Of a DNA stretch of 64,000 bases, positions 34,475-43,507 are shown piece by piece. Both the position numbers and the translations under genes were made by a program. Numbering within the stretch: position 1 is the first letter of the stretch; each line of letters opens with the position of its first letter. The stretch is taken from the NCBI GenBank assembly GCA_035501955.1, contig DATJVD010000052.1, positions 77,487-141,486 of the forward strand. Direction: 5' to 3'. Source of the DNA: Steroidobacteraceae bacterium (GTDB taxonomy: Bacteria > Pseudomonadota > Gammaproteobacteria > Steroidobacterales > Steroidobacteraceae). The notes under the pieces were generated by a model. It searched no databases, had not been told where the DNA came from, and saw only the letters and a program-made list of their open reading frames with translations.

Positions 34475-34888
34475 TCAAAGCCAGTGGTGCTTGCGCAGCC
34501 ACCAGAGCGAGATAGAGACGATCAACCACAGAAGTGCGGCGCCGCACAGCACCATGACGGCACTGACGCGGGGCAGTGCTTTCCAGACGAATCCTGCAAA
34601 GCACATGAGGCCGATGGCCCCGAGCACCGCGCCGGCAGCATCCAGCGCCGCAGCCTGCAGGCCGCGCGCATCGCCCTTGAGACCCTGCTTCTCCTTTTTC
34701 CTCCTCTCGCGCGCGTCGATCAACGTCGCGGTCGCGGGGAAGATGGCCGGAAAGGCCAGGAACAGCCCGCCGACCACCGGCCCGAAATGTTCGGCTACCA
34801 GGCCCGTGCCCACTGTGACGAGGCCGCCGAGCACGAAGCGTAAAGCGTACTGATACCAGCTGGTGTCCGCGAGCGCCGACCACGACAT
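34475..34888 (-). CDS. DUF3147-like small membrane protein (paralog B)
   Basis: Start reset to MSWSALADTSWYQYALRFVLGGLVTVGTGLVAEHFGPVVGGLFLAFPAIFPATATLI. It has four helices and shares the RFV(I/L)GG...FPA-type pattern with the upstream paralog. Confidence 0.6.
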   Translation of the reverse strand: MSWSALADTSWYQYALRFVLGGLVTVGTGLVAEHFGPVVGGLFLAFPAIFPATATLIDARERRKKEKQGLKGDARGLQAAALDAAGAVLGAIGLMCFAGFVWKALPRVSAVMVLCGAALLWLIVSISLWWLRKHHWL

Positions 34889-34910
34889 CGAGGGGATCAC
34901 GCAGGCAATC

Positions 34911-35255
34911 TCAGCGCAGCACCAAGAACCAGCCGAGAAGCGCAAGAGCGAGCCATGGCAGGAGTCCCACGAGGCTCACCATCGTGACCGAGGCGCGCTG
35001 CTGCCACATCGCGCGGCTCGACATCCACGCATAGCCGAGCATGGCTACGGCGCCGACGATCATCGAGCGCGCCTCGATCGCGGCGTAGGAGGCGCCGTCC
35101 GTGTGGATGGTCAGCGCCAGCGTGGCGAGCGCCACCGAAGGCGCAGCGCCGAAAATGCCGGCGAAGCTCTTGGGACGCACCGCATCGCCCACGATGGCGA
35201 AGAGCGACACGACCGTGCCGCCGATCACGAAGCGCAGCAGCAGATCGAGCGGCAT
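34911..35255 (-). CDS. DUF3147-like small membrane protein (paralog A)
   Basis: ATG follows GAGGAG. Product is MPLDLLLRFVIGGTVVSLFAIVGDAVRPKSFAGIFGAAPSVALATLALTI..., with four predicted helices. Confidence 0.6.
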   Translation of the reverse strand: MPLDLLLRFVIGGTVVSLFAIVGDAVRPKSFAGIFGAAPSVALATLALTIHTDGASYAAIEARSMIVGAVAMLGYAWMSSRAMWQQRASVTMVSLVGLLPWLALALLGWFLVLR

Positions 35256-35370
35256 GGCGATCTCCTCAGGCCGCAACCAACGGACCCCGCTGGGCAAGGC
35301 CGCCAAATCACGAGCAGCTTACAGCGCACGCACGGGGCGCTGTATGAGGGTGCGGCCTGCGTCGGCAGGC

Positions 35371-36168
35371 TCAGTGAGAGCGTCGCAGGCTGGGTGGCCG
35401 CGCGAGCGGCAGCACCTGCAGAATAGCGTCGCGGTAGGTCGCGCTCGAGCGGATGCAAGAGCCCGAGGAAAGTGTGAAGGCAAACGCCCCGCGTCCCAGC
35501 GGCTCCGCGTACGCAACCGCGCGGACGTTCAGCAGCAACGAGCGCTCGATGCGGATGAAGCCGCAGGCGGCCAGCGAGGTCGCAAGTCGCTTGATGGAAT
35601 CTCTGCTGATGTAGGCGGCACCGGAGGTGCGAATCGTTACGTAGTTGCCGTCGGACTCGATGTACTCGACTTTTTCGGGATCGAGCGGATAGAGCCGACG
35701 CTCGCGCTCGCCGATCAGCACTCGAGCCGAGGCCACGGGTACCACCGGACGGGCGTGGGGCAATGCCTCGGACGCGAGCGCCGGTGCTTGCTCGCTCCAC
35801 TGACCCGACGAGCCCCTGCGCTCGCGCACACGCTCCAGCGCTGCCGTGAAACGGGGCGCGCTGACGGGCTTCAGCAAATAGTCGAGCGCACCGGCCGCGA
35901 ACGCCCTGACCGCGTGCTTGGCATCCGCCGTGACCATGATCGTGAGTGGATCGCGGCTCCTGCGGGCGGCACGCAATACGTCGAAGCCCGTCATGTCGGG
36001 CAGCTCCACGTCGAGCAGCAGCACATCGGGCTGGAACCTCTCGATGGCATCGATCGCCTGCGCGCCGGTATCGGCCTCCCCGACGATCTGCACGTCGGAA
36101 TTGCGTTCGCACAGATGCACGAGCGCCGCGCGGGCGGTCGGCTCTTCGTCCACGATCACCAGTCTCAT
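35371..36168 (-). CDS. LytR/AlgR-family response regulator (REC + LytTR DNA-binding domain)
   Basis: 265 aa. REC domain MRLVIVDEEPTARAAL...PDVLLLDVELPDMTGFDVL...LDYLLKPV. C-terminal LytTR-like region YIESDGNYVTIRTSGAAYISRDSIKRLA...FIRIERSLLLN. Confidence 0.85.
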   Translation of the reverse strand: MRLVIVDEEPTARAALVHLCERNSDVQIVGEADTGAQAIDAIERFQPDVLLLDVELPDMTGFDVLRAARRSRDPLTIMVTADAKHAVRAFAAGALDYLLKPVSAPRFTAALERVRERRGSSGQWSEQAPALASEALPHARPVVPVASARVLIGERERRLYPLDPEKVEYIESDGNYVTIRTSGAAYISRDSIKRLATSLAACGFIRIERSLLLNVRAVAYAEPLGRGAFAFTLSSGSCIRSSATYRDAILQVLPLARPPSLRRSH

Positions 36169-36309
36169 CGAGGAACTCTCCGTGACCTGACCCCGCAGGG
36201 GCTATTCCACTCATCTCCATCAGACGGCAACGCTGCAGCTGCGATCAATACCCGGGCGCCGCGCCTGTCCCGGGAAACGACGGGAACGTCCCGCTGATGG
36301 CTGACCACG

Positions 36310-37440
36310 TCACTTCTGGCGGGGCTCCTTCAAACGCTCGGAGGGGTTGATCCGCCGGCCCGAGCGGCGTGCAACCACCGCCTTGAGCAGCACTCGGGCG
36401 GCGTTGCGCACTTCGTCCTGCATGGCTGCATCCCGGTCGAGCGCCGCGTGGCTGGTGGCGTACGGCTCCCAGTAGCCGATGTAGCGGTCCACCTCGGACA
36501 GCGGCCCCGCAGGCTCCAGCTGCATGGCCCGGAGCCAATCAGCAAGGCTGCGGCGGACGTCCGCGGCACCCTCCGCATCCCCGTGCACGATGACCGCGAA
36601 CAGCCGCCCTGCCAGGTGGCGCGGATAGTTCCAGCCCGAGAGCTCGATTTCCTTCGCACGCCGCGCATCCTTGCCATGTGTTTGCGAGGGATCCGGGTTG
36701 CCGCCGTCGGCACACACGAGTCGATCCATCATCAACTTGACAGGCGAGGCGACCTGATACCAGTTGACCGGTGTCACGATCATGACGCCGTGCGCCGCGA
36801 CCCACAGAGGATAGATCTCGTTCATCCAGTCCTGCGTCTGGCCGAGTGAGTAGTTCGGATAGCAGGAGCACGGCCAGTGACACAGGGCTGGCGACGTGGA
36901 GAAGCAGGCCTTGCACGGATGGATGTGCCGCCCGTACTCGGACGCCAGCCGGTGCAGCTCGAGGACTTCGATCTCGACGTGCTTCGCCTGCGTAAGCACA
37001 GCGCGCGCCGTTTGTATCAATCGATAGGATTTGGCCATCTCGCCGGGACAGGTGTGCTCGCTGCGGGCCGAGCCGCTGATCAGCAGCAGGCGCGCTGGTC
37101 CGTGCGGGTCGTCGTGCCTGGCCTGCGCGGCGCGGATCGCCTCACGCGCCGCGAGCCAGTCGACGCTGAGCTCGTACTCCGGATCGGCGAACTCAGGACC
37201 CGCCTTGCGGGTGCGCGGACTCTTGCGATGGTGGCAGTACGCATCCCAGGCCGCCGTGGCTACCCGCTCGAGCTCGGCTGCGATGGCGTCGAACGCGGCA
37301 TCCTGAAACTGACTCTTGAAGCGCCGGCGAAAAGCCGCCTCGTCCAAGTGCGGATCCGGCGTGCCCTTGCGAGGTTCGACGGCTGATGGTTCCACGAATT
37401 TGCTCAGCGTTGCAGGCGGCCGCCGAGGTGTAACTCGCAA
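36310..37440 (-). CDS. Flavodoxin-fold NAD(P)H-dependent FMN reductase-like protein with an N-terminal extension and a Cys cluster
   Basis: 376 aa with LLLISGSARSEHTCPGEMAKSY, Cys motif HPCKACFSTSPALCHWPCSCYP, and GVMIVTPVNWYQVASPVK. Confidence 0.65.
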   Translation of the reverse strand: MRVTPRRPPATLSKFVEPSAVEPRKGTPDPHLDEAAFRRRFKSQFQDAAFDAIAAELERVATAAWDAYCHHRKSPRTRKAGPEFADPEYELSVDWLAAREAIRAAQARHDDPHGPARLLLISGSARSEHTCPGEMAKSYRLIQTARAVLTQAKHVEIEVLELHRLASEYGRHIHPCKACFSTSPALCHWPCSCYPNYSLGQTQDWMNEIYPLWVAAHGVMIVTPVNWYQVASPVKLMMDRLVCADGGNPDPSQTHGKDARRAKEIELSGWNYPRHLAGRLFAVIVHGDAEGAADVRRSLADWLRAMQLEPAGPLSEVDRYIGYWEPYATSHAALDRDAAMQDEVRNAARVLLKAVVARRSGRRINPSERLKEPRQK

Positions 37441-37526
37441 TGCCGCTCCGGGGTTCCGACCAGGCCCGTGGACGCGGTGTCGTGGCGCGCTGCGGGGTAC
37501 ATGGCAGAATTGCGCCTGGGCCAGGG

Positions 37527-38120
37527 GTGGTGACGGACTTGCCTGTCAGCAGCGAAAGCTACCAGTGCTTTGCGGAGCTCACGCAGCACGAGACCGAAGG
37601 CACCGACTATGCGGTGCGCGTGAGCGCGCGCCCAACTTCACCGGTACTGGTCGTTGCGCCGCATGGCGGTGGTATCGAAGCGGGCACCTCGGAGCTCGCT
37701 GCAAGCATCGCCTGCGATGAGCATAACCTCTTCACCTTCGACGGCCTGAAGCCCTCCGGCAACAGACGGCTGCACATCGGCAGCAAGCGCTTCGACCATC
37801 CCGAGTGCGTGGCGCTGCTATCCCGCTGCGCGGTGGTGCTCGGCATCCACGGCTGCCGGGGTGAGGGGCAGATCTATGTCGGCGGGCTCGAGTCGCGGCT
37901 CATGTCGCGACTCGTCGAGGCCCTGATCTCGGCGGGGCTGCCGGCCACCACCTGCGTGCCGACGCATCTTGCCGGCCGCGATCCGCTGAATATCTGTAAC
38001 CGCGGCATACGCAGGCAGGGAGCGCAACTCGAGATCACGATGGACTTGCGATTGCGGCACGCACGCGCGCCGCTCGCCGACGCGGTGCGCCGCGCGCTCA
38101 GCGCTTATCTGTGCGAGTAG
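37527..38120 (+). CDS. Poly-gamma-glutamate hydrolase family (PghP / DUF867-like) protein
   Basis: YQCFAELTQHETEGTDYAV...VLVVAPHGGGIEAGTSELA...GIHGC...QLEITMDLR matches the family pattern. The start is uncertain: GTG 37527 or 37530. The track start at 37440 would coincide with the divergent gene's start. Confidence 0.6.
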   Translation: MVTDLPVSSESYQCFAELTQHETEGTDYAVRVSARPTSPVLVVAPHGGGIEAGTSELAASIACDEHNLFTFDGLKPSGNRRLHIGSKRFDHPECVALLSRCAVVLGIHGCRGEGQIYVGGLESRLMSRLVEALISAGLPATTCVPTHLAGRDPLNICNRGIRRQGAQLEITMDLRLRHARAPLADAVRRALSAYLCE

Positions 38121-38416
38121 TTGCTGCTGAGATAACCAAGCACCGCGCTGGCCTCATCGTCCGTCAGCGGCGCACCGAAGCGTTCGCGCATCTTCTGGAT
38201 GGTTTTCTTCCAGGAGCCCGCATCCATCACCGGCGCGTTCATGGGGATGTAATCGAGACTGTGGCAGATGACACAGTGCGCCGCGGTGAGCTCCCGCCCC
38301 GGCGCCTCCCGCAGTTGAATGCTGCTCTCGTCGCGCGGCGTCTCGTCGGCCAGGACCGCTGCGGTGCCGAGTGCGACAGCGGCCAGCGCCAGAGCCGCGC
38401 TGTGCCGGCGCATCAT
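38105..38416 (-). CDS. sorB: Monoheme c-type cytochrome subunit of sulfite dehydrogenase (SorB-like)
   Basis: 103 aa with a signal peptide and haem motif CVICH. Its ATG overlaps the SorA-like stop (ATGA). Confidence 0.7.
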   Translation of the reverse strand: MMRRHSAALALAAVALGTAAVLADETPRDESSIQLREAPGRELTAAHCVICHSLDYIPMNAPVMDAGSWKKTIQKMRERFGAPLTDDEASAVLGYLSSNYSHR

Positions 38417-39621
38417 GCGACCTCCAGCATCAGCTCTTGCATCAAATTGTGGTGATAGCCCGACGGATTCGGAGTCAGCTTGGCCGGCTGACTCGTGCCA
38501 TTGCGACTGTGAGCGCGCGTCGTGATGTGGATCATGCCCGCGCTCGACGTGTCAATACGCCAGCGAAACTCGCGCCACGCGAACCGCCCCAGGTCGCGCC
38601 CGAGCGTGGCTTCGCGCCAGGTGCGCTGACCGTCCGTGGAGATCGCGACGCTGTCGATGCCGGCGCCGTTGTCCCACGCCTTGCCCGCGAGCTCCGCGTG
38701 CGCGCCGCGGCGCAGCCGCTCTCCCGAGACGGGACTCGTGATGAGTGAGTTCACCATGATCTCGGTGATGGGCGTCGTCTCGGGGTTTTCCTGGCTCGCA
38801 AAGCGGCGCCCGGGAAATGCGCCGGTCGGAATGCGGTAGGCGCCCTTCATCCAGAATCCATCGTAGGGTGTGGGCTCGATGCGGATCTCCGTGAGGTGCT
38901 TCATCCAATAGGTCGCGGTCCAGCCCGGCACCACGAGGCGCGCCGGCGCGCCATTCCAATGGGGCAGCGGCCGGTCGTTCATTTCAAAGGCCACCAGCGT
39001 GTTCTCATCGAGCGCCCGGTCGATCGGCAGGCTCTTGAGGTAATCCGGAGTTGCGCCGAGCACCGGCGCGTCGGCGCCGTTGAAGACGACCTCGAGAGCA
39101 TCCGCGCCGACGCCGGCCCTCTGCAGGATGTCCCGGAGGCGCACGCCGCTCCAGAGTGCGTTGCCTGTGGCACCGCTGCCCCACTGCACGCCGGGAACTC
39201 GCGGCATGAAGAGACCACGCCGATTCCCGGAGCATTGAGCCACAGCCGCGATACTCACCCGTTTGAATTCGCGCCGCAGGTTCTCGAGAGATAGCACCAG
39301 CGGACGTTGCGTGCTCTTGCCGCCGATGCGCAGCCGCCAGGAAGCCACATCGACTTCCGGGATCACCGCCAGGTGATAGCGCACGAAGAACGCCTCGTTC
39401 CGAGTGAACGGCTGTGCGAGATCCGCGAGCGGTGTCTCGTAGTTGGGCGGCCGGAATGCCCGCTTGATGAGCGGCTTCTTGCCCGGAAGTGCGATCAGCG
39501 CTTCCGTGCCGCCACCCGCGGTCGCGGCGCCGCCGAGCTCGTCTGCCCGTGCAACTCGCGGCACTCCAGCGGACAGCCAGTAGCCCGTGAGCCCCAGTGT
39601 CATCCCCCGTCGCGTGATCAT
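38413..39621 (-). CDS. sorA: Molybdopterin-dependent sulfite dehydrogenase catalytic subunit (SorA-like, sulfite oxidase family)
   Basis: 402 aa with Tat signal MITRRGMTLGLTGYWLSAG. Mo-ligand Cys motif AQCSGNRRG. Dimerisation-domain-like C-terminus. Confidence 0.8.
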   Translation of the reverse strand: MITRRGMTLGLTGYWLSAGVPRVARADELGGAATAGGGTEALIALPGKKPLIKRAFRPPNYETPLADLAQPFTRNEAFFVRYHLAVIPEVDVASWRLRIGGKSTQRPLVLSLENLRREFKRVSIAAVAQCSGNRRGLFMPRVPGVQWGSGATGNALWSGVRLRDILQRAGVGADALEVVFNGADAPVLGATPDYLKSLPIDRALDENTLVAFEMNDRPLPHWNGAPARLVVPGWTATYWMKHLTEIRIEPTPYDGFWMKGAYRIPTGAFPGRRFASQENPETTPITEIMVNSLITSPVSGERLRRGAHAELAGKAWDNGAGIDSVAISTDGQRTWREATLGRDLGRFAWREFRWRIDTSSAGMIHITTRAHSRNGTSQPAKLTPNPSGYHHNLMQELMLEVA

Positions 39622-39633
39622 GCGCTTCTCCGC

Positions 39634-40515
39634 TCAGCTCGCACCGGGCATGCGGCGGCCGAGCTGCTTGCGCCGCACATAGTCCGGATCGTTCTCGTAC
39701 TTGCGCAATGCCCCGATGACATTCTCGTTGTACTTCTCGAGCGTGGGAATGAACTCGGGATAAGGCAGGATCCAGAAATCGTTGTGTATCACCGCCTGCA
39801 GCACGATGCGGCCCAGCTCGACGGGATCGAAGCCGCTCTCGATCACGGCCTTCAGGCGCTTGAAGGTCTCCGGATCAGCGCCGTAGTAGCCGGTCTTGGC
39901 ATAGCGCTCGGGCCGTGCAAGCACCGATTCGTGGATGTTGGTGTTCACCGCCCCCGGACACAGCACGGAGACGCCGATGTCGTACTTCTCGAGCTCGAGT
40001 CGCAGCGACTCCGAAAGTCCGCGCACCGCGTACTTGGTCGTGCAGTAGATGGCCGTGTTCGGCAGGGCGACGAAGGCCGACATGGAGGCCGTGTTGACGA
40101 TGTGACCGCCCGAACGCCGCTCGATCATCCGCGGCATGAAGGTCTGCACGCCGTTGATCATGCCCTTGAGATTCACGTCGATCTGCCAGTCCCAGTCGTC
40201 GTAGCTCGCCTTTTCCACGGGGCCGAACTGGCTCACGCCGGCCGTGTTACAGAGCAGCTGCACCGGTCCCAGCACGCGCTCGGCCTCATCCGCGGCGCGC
40301 GCGAAAGCGTTGCGGTCGGTGATATCGAGCTGGATCGCGTGCACCGATAGCTTGCGGCTTGCGAAGTACGCCCGCGCCTCATCGAGGTGATCGCGACGTA
40401 TGTCCGCGATCACCACCTGCATGCGCGCCTCCTCGGCGAACACTTTGGCCTGACCGAGCGCAACGCCCGAGCCACCGCCCGTGATGAACGCGACCTTGCC
40501 TTCCAGCTGCTGCAT
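39634..40515 (-). CDS. Short-chain dehydrogenase/reductase (SDR)
   Basis: Start reset to MQQLEGKVAFITGGGSGVALG. Catalytic motif YCTTKYAV. Confidence 0.8.
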   Translation of the reverse strand: MQQLEGKVAFITGGGSGVALGQAKVFAEEARMQVVIADIRRDHLDEARAYFASRKLSVHAIQLDITDRNAFARAADEAERVLGPVQLLCNTAGVSQFGPVEKASYDDWDWQIDVNLKGMINGVQTFMPRMIERRSGGHIVNTASMSAFVALPNTAIYCTTKYAVRGLSESLRLELEKYDIGVSVLCPGAVNTNIHESVLARPERYAKTGYYGADPETFKRLKAVIESGFDPVELGRIVLQAVIHNDFWILPYPEFIPTLEKYNENVIGALRKYENDPDYVRRKQLGRRMPGAS

Positions 40516-40573
40516 CGTTGTCTGCCACGGCGACCGCGAGCGCACGCATCGCTCGCGGCATTATCCGCGCCCC

Positions 40574-41170
40574 TCAGCCGTTGTCACGCGCCTGCGCGCG
40601 CGCCCAGGCCGGGCGTGCGACGATTCGCTGCACATACTCCTCGATGACGGCCGACTTCGGCATCATGGGACTCTGACCGAACATCGCAAACGTCGTCCCG
40701 TAGAGAACGTCCGCCGCGCTGAAGCGCTCGCCCAGAATATAGGGACCCGGGGAGAGCGCCTTGATGATCGTGGCCATGGCCTCCTCGACCGCGACCCACC
40801 CCGCTGTCCCGCGGGGCACCTCGACATTCATGAACTTGGACATGAAGGCCGGCTCGAGCACGCCGGTGTAATAGGCGAGCCAGGATAGATAGGGGCCGCG
40901 TGCGGCCTCGCCGGGCAGCGGCCCCAGACGATTCTTCGGAAACCTGTCCGTCAGGTAGAGCGCGATGGCCGGCGATTCGAAGACGATCACCCCGTCATCG
41001 GAGATCGCCGGCACCTTGCCGTGCGGATGCGGATTCGCCGGATCCACATGGCCGCTGCCATCGCGTAAGCGCGTGGTGACGAGCTTGATCTGGTACGGAG
41101 CCTCGAGTTCCTCGAGCAGGAAAATGAAGCGTGAGGATCGGGTTTTCGGCCGGTGAAACAGCGTGATCAT
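40574..41170 (-). CDS. Glutathione S-transferase
   Basis: 198 aa with N-terminal thioredoxin-like fold MITLFHRPKTRSSRFIFLLEEL...VPAISDDGVIVFESPAIALYL. Confidence 0.85.
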   Translation of the reverse strand: MITLFHRPKTRSSRFIFLLEELEAPYQIKLVTTRLRDGSGHVDPANPHPHGKVPAISDDGVIVFESPAIALYLTDRFPKNRLGPLPGEAARGPYLSWLAYYTGVLEPAFMSKFMNVEVPRGTAGWVAVEEAMATIIKALSPGPYILGERFSAADVLYGTTFAMFGQSPMMPKSAVIEEYVQRIVARPAWARAQARDNG

Positions 41171-41188
41171 GGCGGGCAGCTCCCTGAT

Positions 41189-42559
41189 TCATGTGCCCCC
41201 TTGCAGTATGGCCGAAATCGGTCTTGCGTTCCGGGGCTCCTGCAGCGCCCAGGTGCACAGCACGGACACCGCGCAGGCAGCGACGATGTAGATCGAGAGC
41301 GGCAGGTTGTGGTGATACCTGGCATACAGCGCCGTCGCAATGAGCGGCGCCAGTCCGCCGCCGACGATCGAGGAGAGCTGATAGGCGAGCGAGACGGCGG
41401 AGTAGCGCACGCGGGTATCGAACAACTCCGCGAACAGTGCCGCCAGCGGACCGTATGTCACCGAGTTGCACACCTGACCGACGCAGATTGCCAGCGTGAT
41501 CGCGACGAAGGAGCGCGTGTCGATCAAGGGGAAGAGTGCGAACGCCCACACGCCCTCCATGCACAGCCCGAGCATGAAGATGCGGCGCCGTCCGACACGG
41601 TCGGACAAGGCGCCACCGATGAAGAGCGCCGGCGTCGCAAGTAGCGTCGCGATGAGCACCGCAGCCAGCAGCGTGGCGCGCGACAGATGCAGCCCTGCCG
41701 GGCTGGTGCCGTAAGCCACGCTGTACGTGATGAGAATGTAGAACGTGAGATTGGTCGAGATGTAAGCGCCGGCGGCAAGCAGGATCGAGCGTGGATGCCG
41801 CCGCAACGACTGGAGCAGCGGCGAGCGCTCGCGCGGTGCGAGCGCGCCCGCCGGTTGCGCCTGCTTCAATTCGCGAAACGCTGCGGTATCCTCGATCCGG
41901 AAATGAATAAAGGCTGCGAGGGCGACGAGCGCGATGCTGCACAGAAATAGAATGCGCCAACCGTAGGCCATGAAGGCCGCCGGAGAGGTCAGCGCGTTGG
42001 TCACGAAGAACGCAAGGTTCGTGAGCACGACACCCACGGCCACGCCCGCCTGCGGGATGCTGCCGTAGAGACCGCGGCGCGCTTCGGGCGCATTCTCGGT
42101 TGCCAGCAGGATCGCCCCGCCCCATTGGCCTCCCACGGCCAGGCCCTGCGCGAATCGCAGCAGCACCAGCGCGAGCGGCGCGAGCACTCCTGCAGTGGCG
42201 TACGACGGCAGACAGCCGATGAGCATCGTCGCAACGCCCATCGTCAACAGCGCGCTGCCGAGCGCCACCTTGCGCCCTTTGCGGTCACCGATGTGGCCAA
42301 ACAGCGCGCCACCGATCGGACGCGCCAGGAAGCCCACTGCGAAGCTGCTGAACGAGGCGATCAGGGCGACGTACGGCGGCAGCGAGGCCGGAAAGAACAC
42401 GGTCGGAAACACCAGGGCCGCGGCCGTGGCGTACAGAAAGAAGTCGAACCATTCGATGCTCGCGGCGGCCAGGCCGGTCAGCGCGAGACGCAGGGCCGCG
42501 CGCCTCTGCTCGGGCGTGTAAAGGCTCGCCGCGGCGCGCATGGACTCATCGCTCGGCAT
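41189..42559 (-). CDS. MFS transporter, metabolite:H+ symporter (MHS) type
   Basis: Start reset to MPSDESMRAA. Motifs IEWFDFFLY and GHIGDRKGRK. Twelve TM segments. Confidence 0.85.
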   Translation of the reverse strand: MPSDESMRAAASLYTPEQRRAALRLALTGLAAASIEWFDFFLYATAAALVFPTVFFPASLPPYVALIASFSSFAVGFLARPIGGALFGHIGDRKGRKVALGSALLTMGVATMLIGCLPSYATAGVLAPLALVLLRFAQGLAVGGQWGGAILLATENAPEARRGLYGSIPQAGVAVGVVLTNLAFFVTNALTSPAAFMAYGWRILFLCSIALVALAAFIHFRIEDTAAFRELKQAQPAGALAPRERSPLLQSLRRHPRSILLAAGAYISTNLTFYILITYSVAYGTSPAGLHLSRATLLAAVLIATLLATPALFIGGALSDRVGRRRIFMLGLCMEGVWAFALFPLIDTRSFVAITLAICVGQVCNSVTYGPLAALFAELFDTRVRYSAVSLAYQLSSIVGGGLAPLIATALYARYHHNLPLSIYIVAACAVSVLCTWALQEPRNARPISAILQGGT

Positions 42560-42652
42560 CGCGCATCCCCTTGTTGTTCTTCGCGGCACGCCCGCTCGGG
42601 TTCGGTTGCGCGCTGGCTGAGCTATCTTAGTCATTGCCCCCGCTTGAGCAAA

Positions 42653-43507
42653 GTGATTCCTGCGCTACCATTGGCGGTCGTCGTGATCATTCATCTCATC
42701 GACGGCACCTACGAGCTGTTTCGACACTTCTTCGGTCTGCGGCGCTTCCGCAAGGGGCCCGACCGACCGCTGGGGGCTGTCGCCGGCGTGCTGCATACGA
42801 TCCTGCAGATGATCGAGGAGGGCGCAACGCATGTTGCGGTCGCGACCGATCATGTCATCGAGTCCTTCCGCAACACGCTGTGGGCCGATTACAAGACCGG
42901 AGCTGGAGTCGAGCCCGCGCTGCTCGCGCAGTTTCAACCACTCGAGGATGCACTCGGCGCCATGGGCGTCGCCGTCTGGCCGATGGTCGAGCTGGAGGCC
43001 GACGATGCGCTCGCTTCCGCGGCCCGCCGCGCGAGCGAGGATGCGCGCGTGCAGAAGGTATGCATCTGGACACCGGACAAGGATCTCGCCCAGTGCGTTC
43101 GCGGCGAGCGCATCGTGCAGGTGGATCGCCGCTCGAAGAAGATCCGCGATGCCGCCGGGGTGCGCGAGAAGTTCGGCGTCGATCCGCCCTTGATCCCGGA
43201 TTTGCTGGCGCTCGTCGGCGACAGCGCCGACGGCTATCCGGGTCTTGCGGGCATCGGGTTGTCGACCGCGGCGCGCCTTCTCAATCGCTACGGCACCATC
43301 GAGGAGTTCCCCGCGGAAGTGCTCGGTGAGCGCCGCGCGCTGGCACTGCTGTTCAAGCAACTGGCCACCCTCAGGACCGACGCGCAGCTGTTTGAGAGCG
43401 TCGACGAGCTGCGCTGGCGCGGGCCGACGGAGAGATTCGCGGCCTTCGCGGCACAGCTCGATGATTCCCGAGTGCTCGCCCGCAGCCTCAAGGCGCGCCC
43501 CTCATGA
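42653..43507 (+). CDS. 5'-3' exonuclease / flap endonuclease family (PIN-like + H3TH domains)
   Basis: IHLIDGTYELFRHFFG, VATDH...FRN..., ELEADDALAS and LVGDSADGYPGLAGIGLSTAARLLNRYGTIEEF. The start is uncertain (GTG 42653 or TTG 42671). The track ORF from 42125 is an over-extension across the divergent MFS gene. Confidence 0.75.
   Translation: MIPALPLAVVVIIHLIDGTYELFRHFFGLRRFRKGPDRPLGAVAGVLHTILQMIEEGATHVAVATDHVIESFRNTLWADYKTGAGVEPALLAQFQPLEDALGAMGVAVWPMVELEADDALASAARRASEDARVQKVCIWTPDKDLAQCVRGERIVQVDRRSKKIRDAAGVREKFGVDPPLIPDLLALVGDSADGYPGLAGIGLSTAARLLNRYGTIEEFPAEVLGERRALALLFKQLATLRTDAQLFESVDELRWRGPTERFAAFAAQLDDSRVLARSLKARPS

Noticed and set aside
33759-34883. 374-aa minus-strand ORF spanning the YidB, LEA-like and DUF3147 region
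   Set aside because: It is out of frame with three compact genes that have Shine-Dalgarno motifs, signal peptides or clear family patterns. Its product is extremely Arg/Gly-rich.
37440-38120. Possibility that the PghP/DUF867-like gene marks a prophage or mobile island
   Set aside because: There is no integrase, terminase, capsid or repressor gene. There is no tRNA or att-like repeat. No compositional break is visible around it. I treat it as a domesticated single gene.
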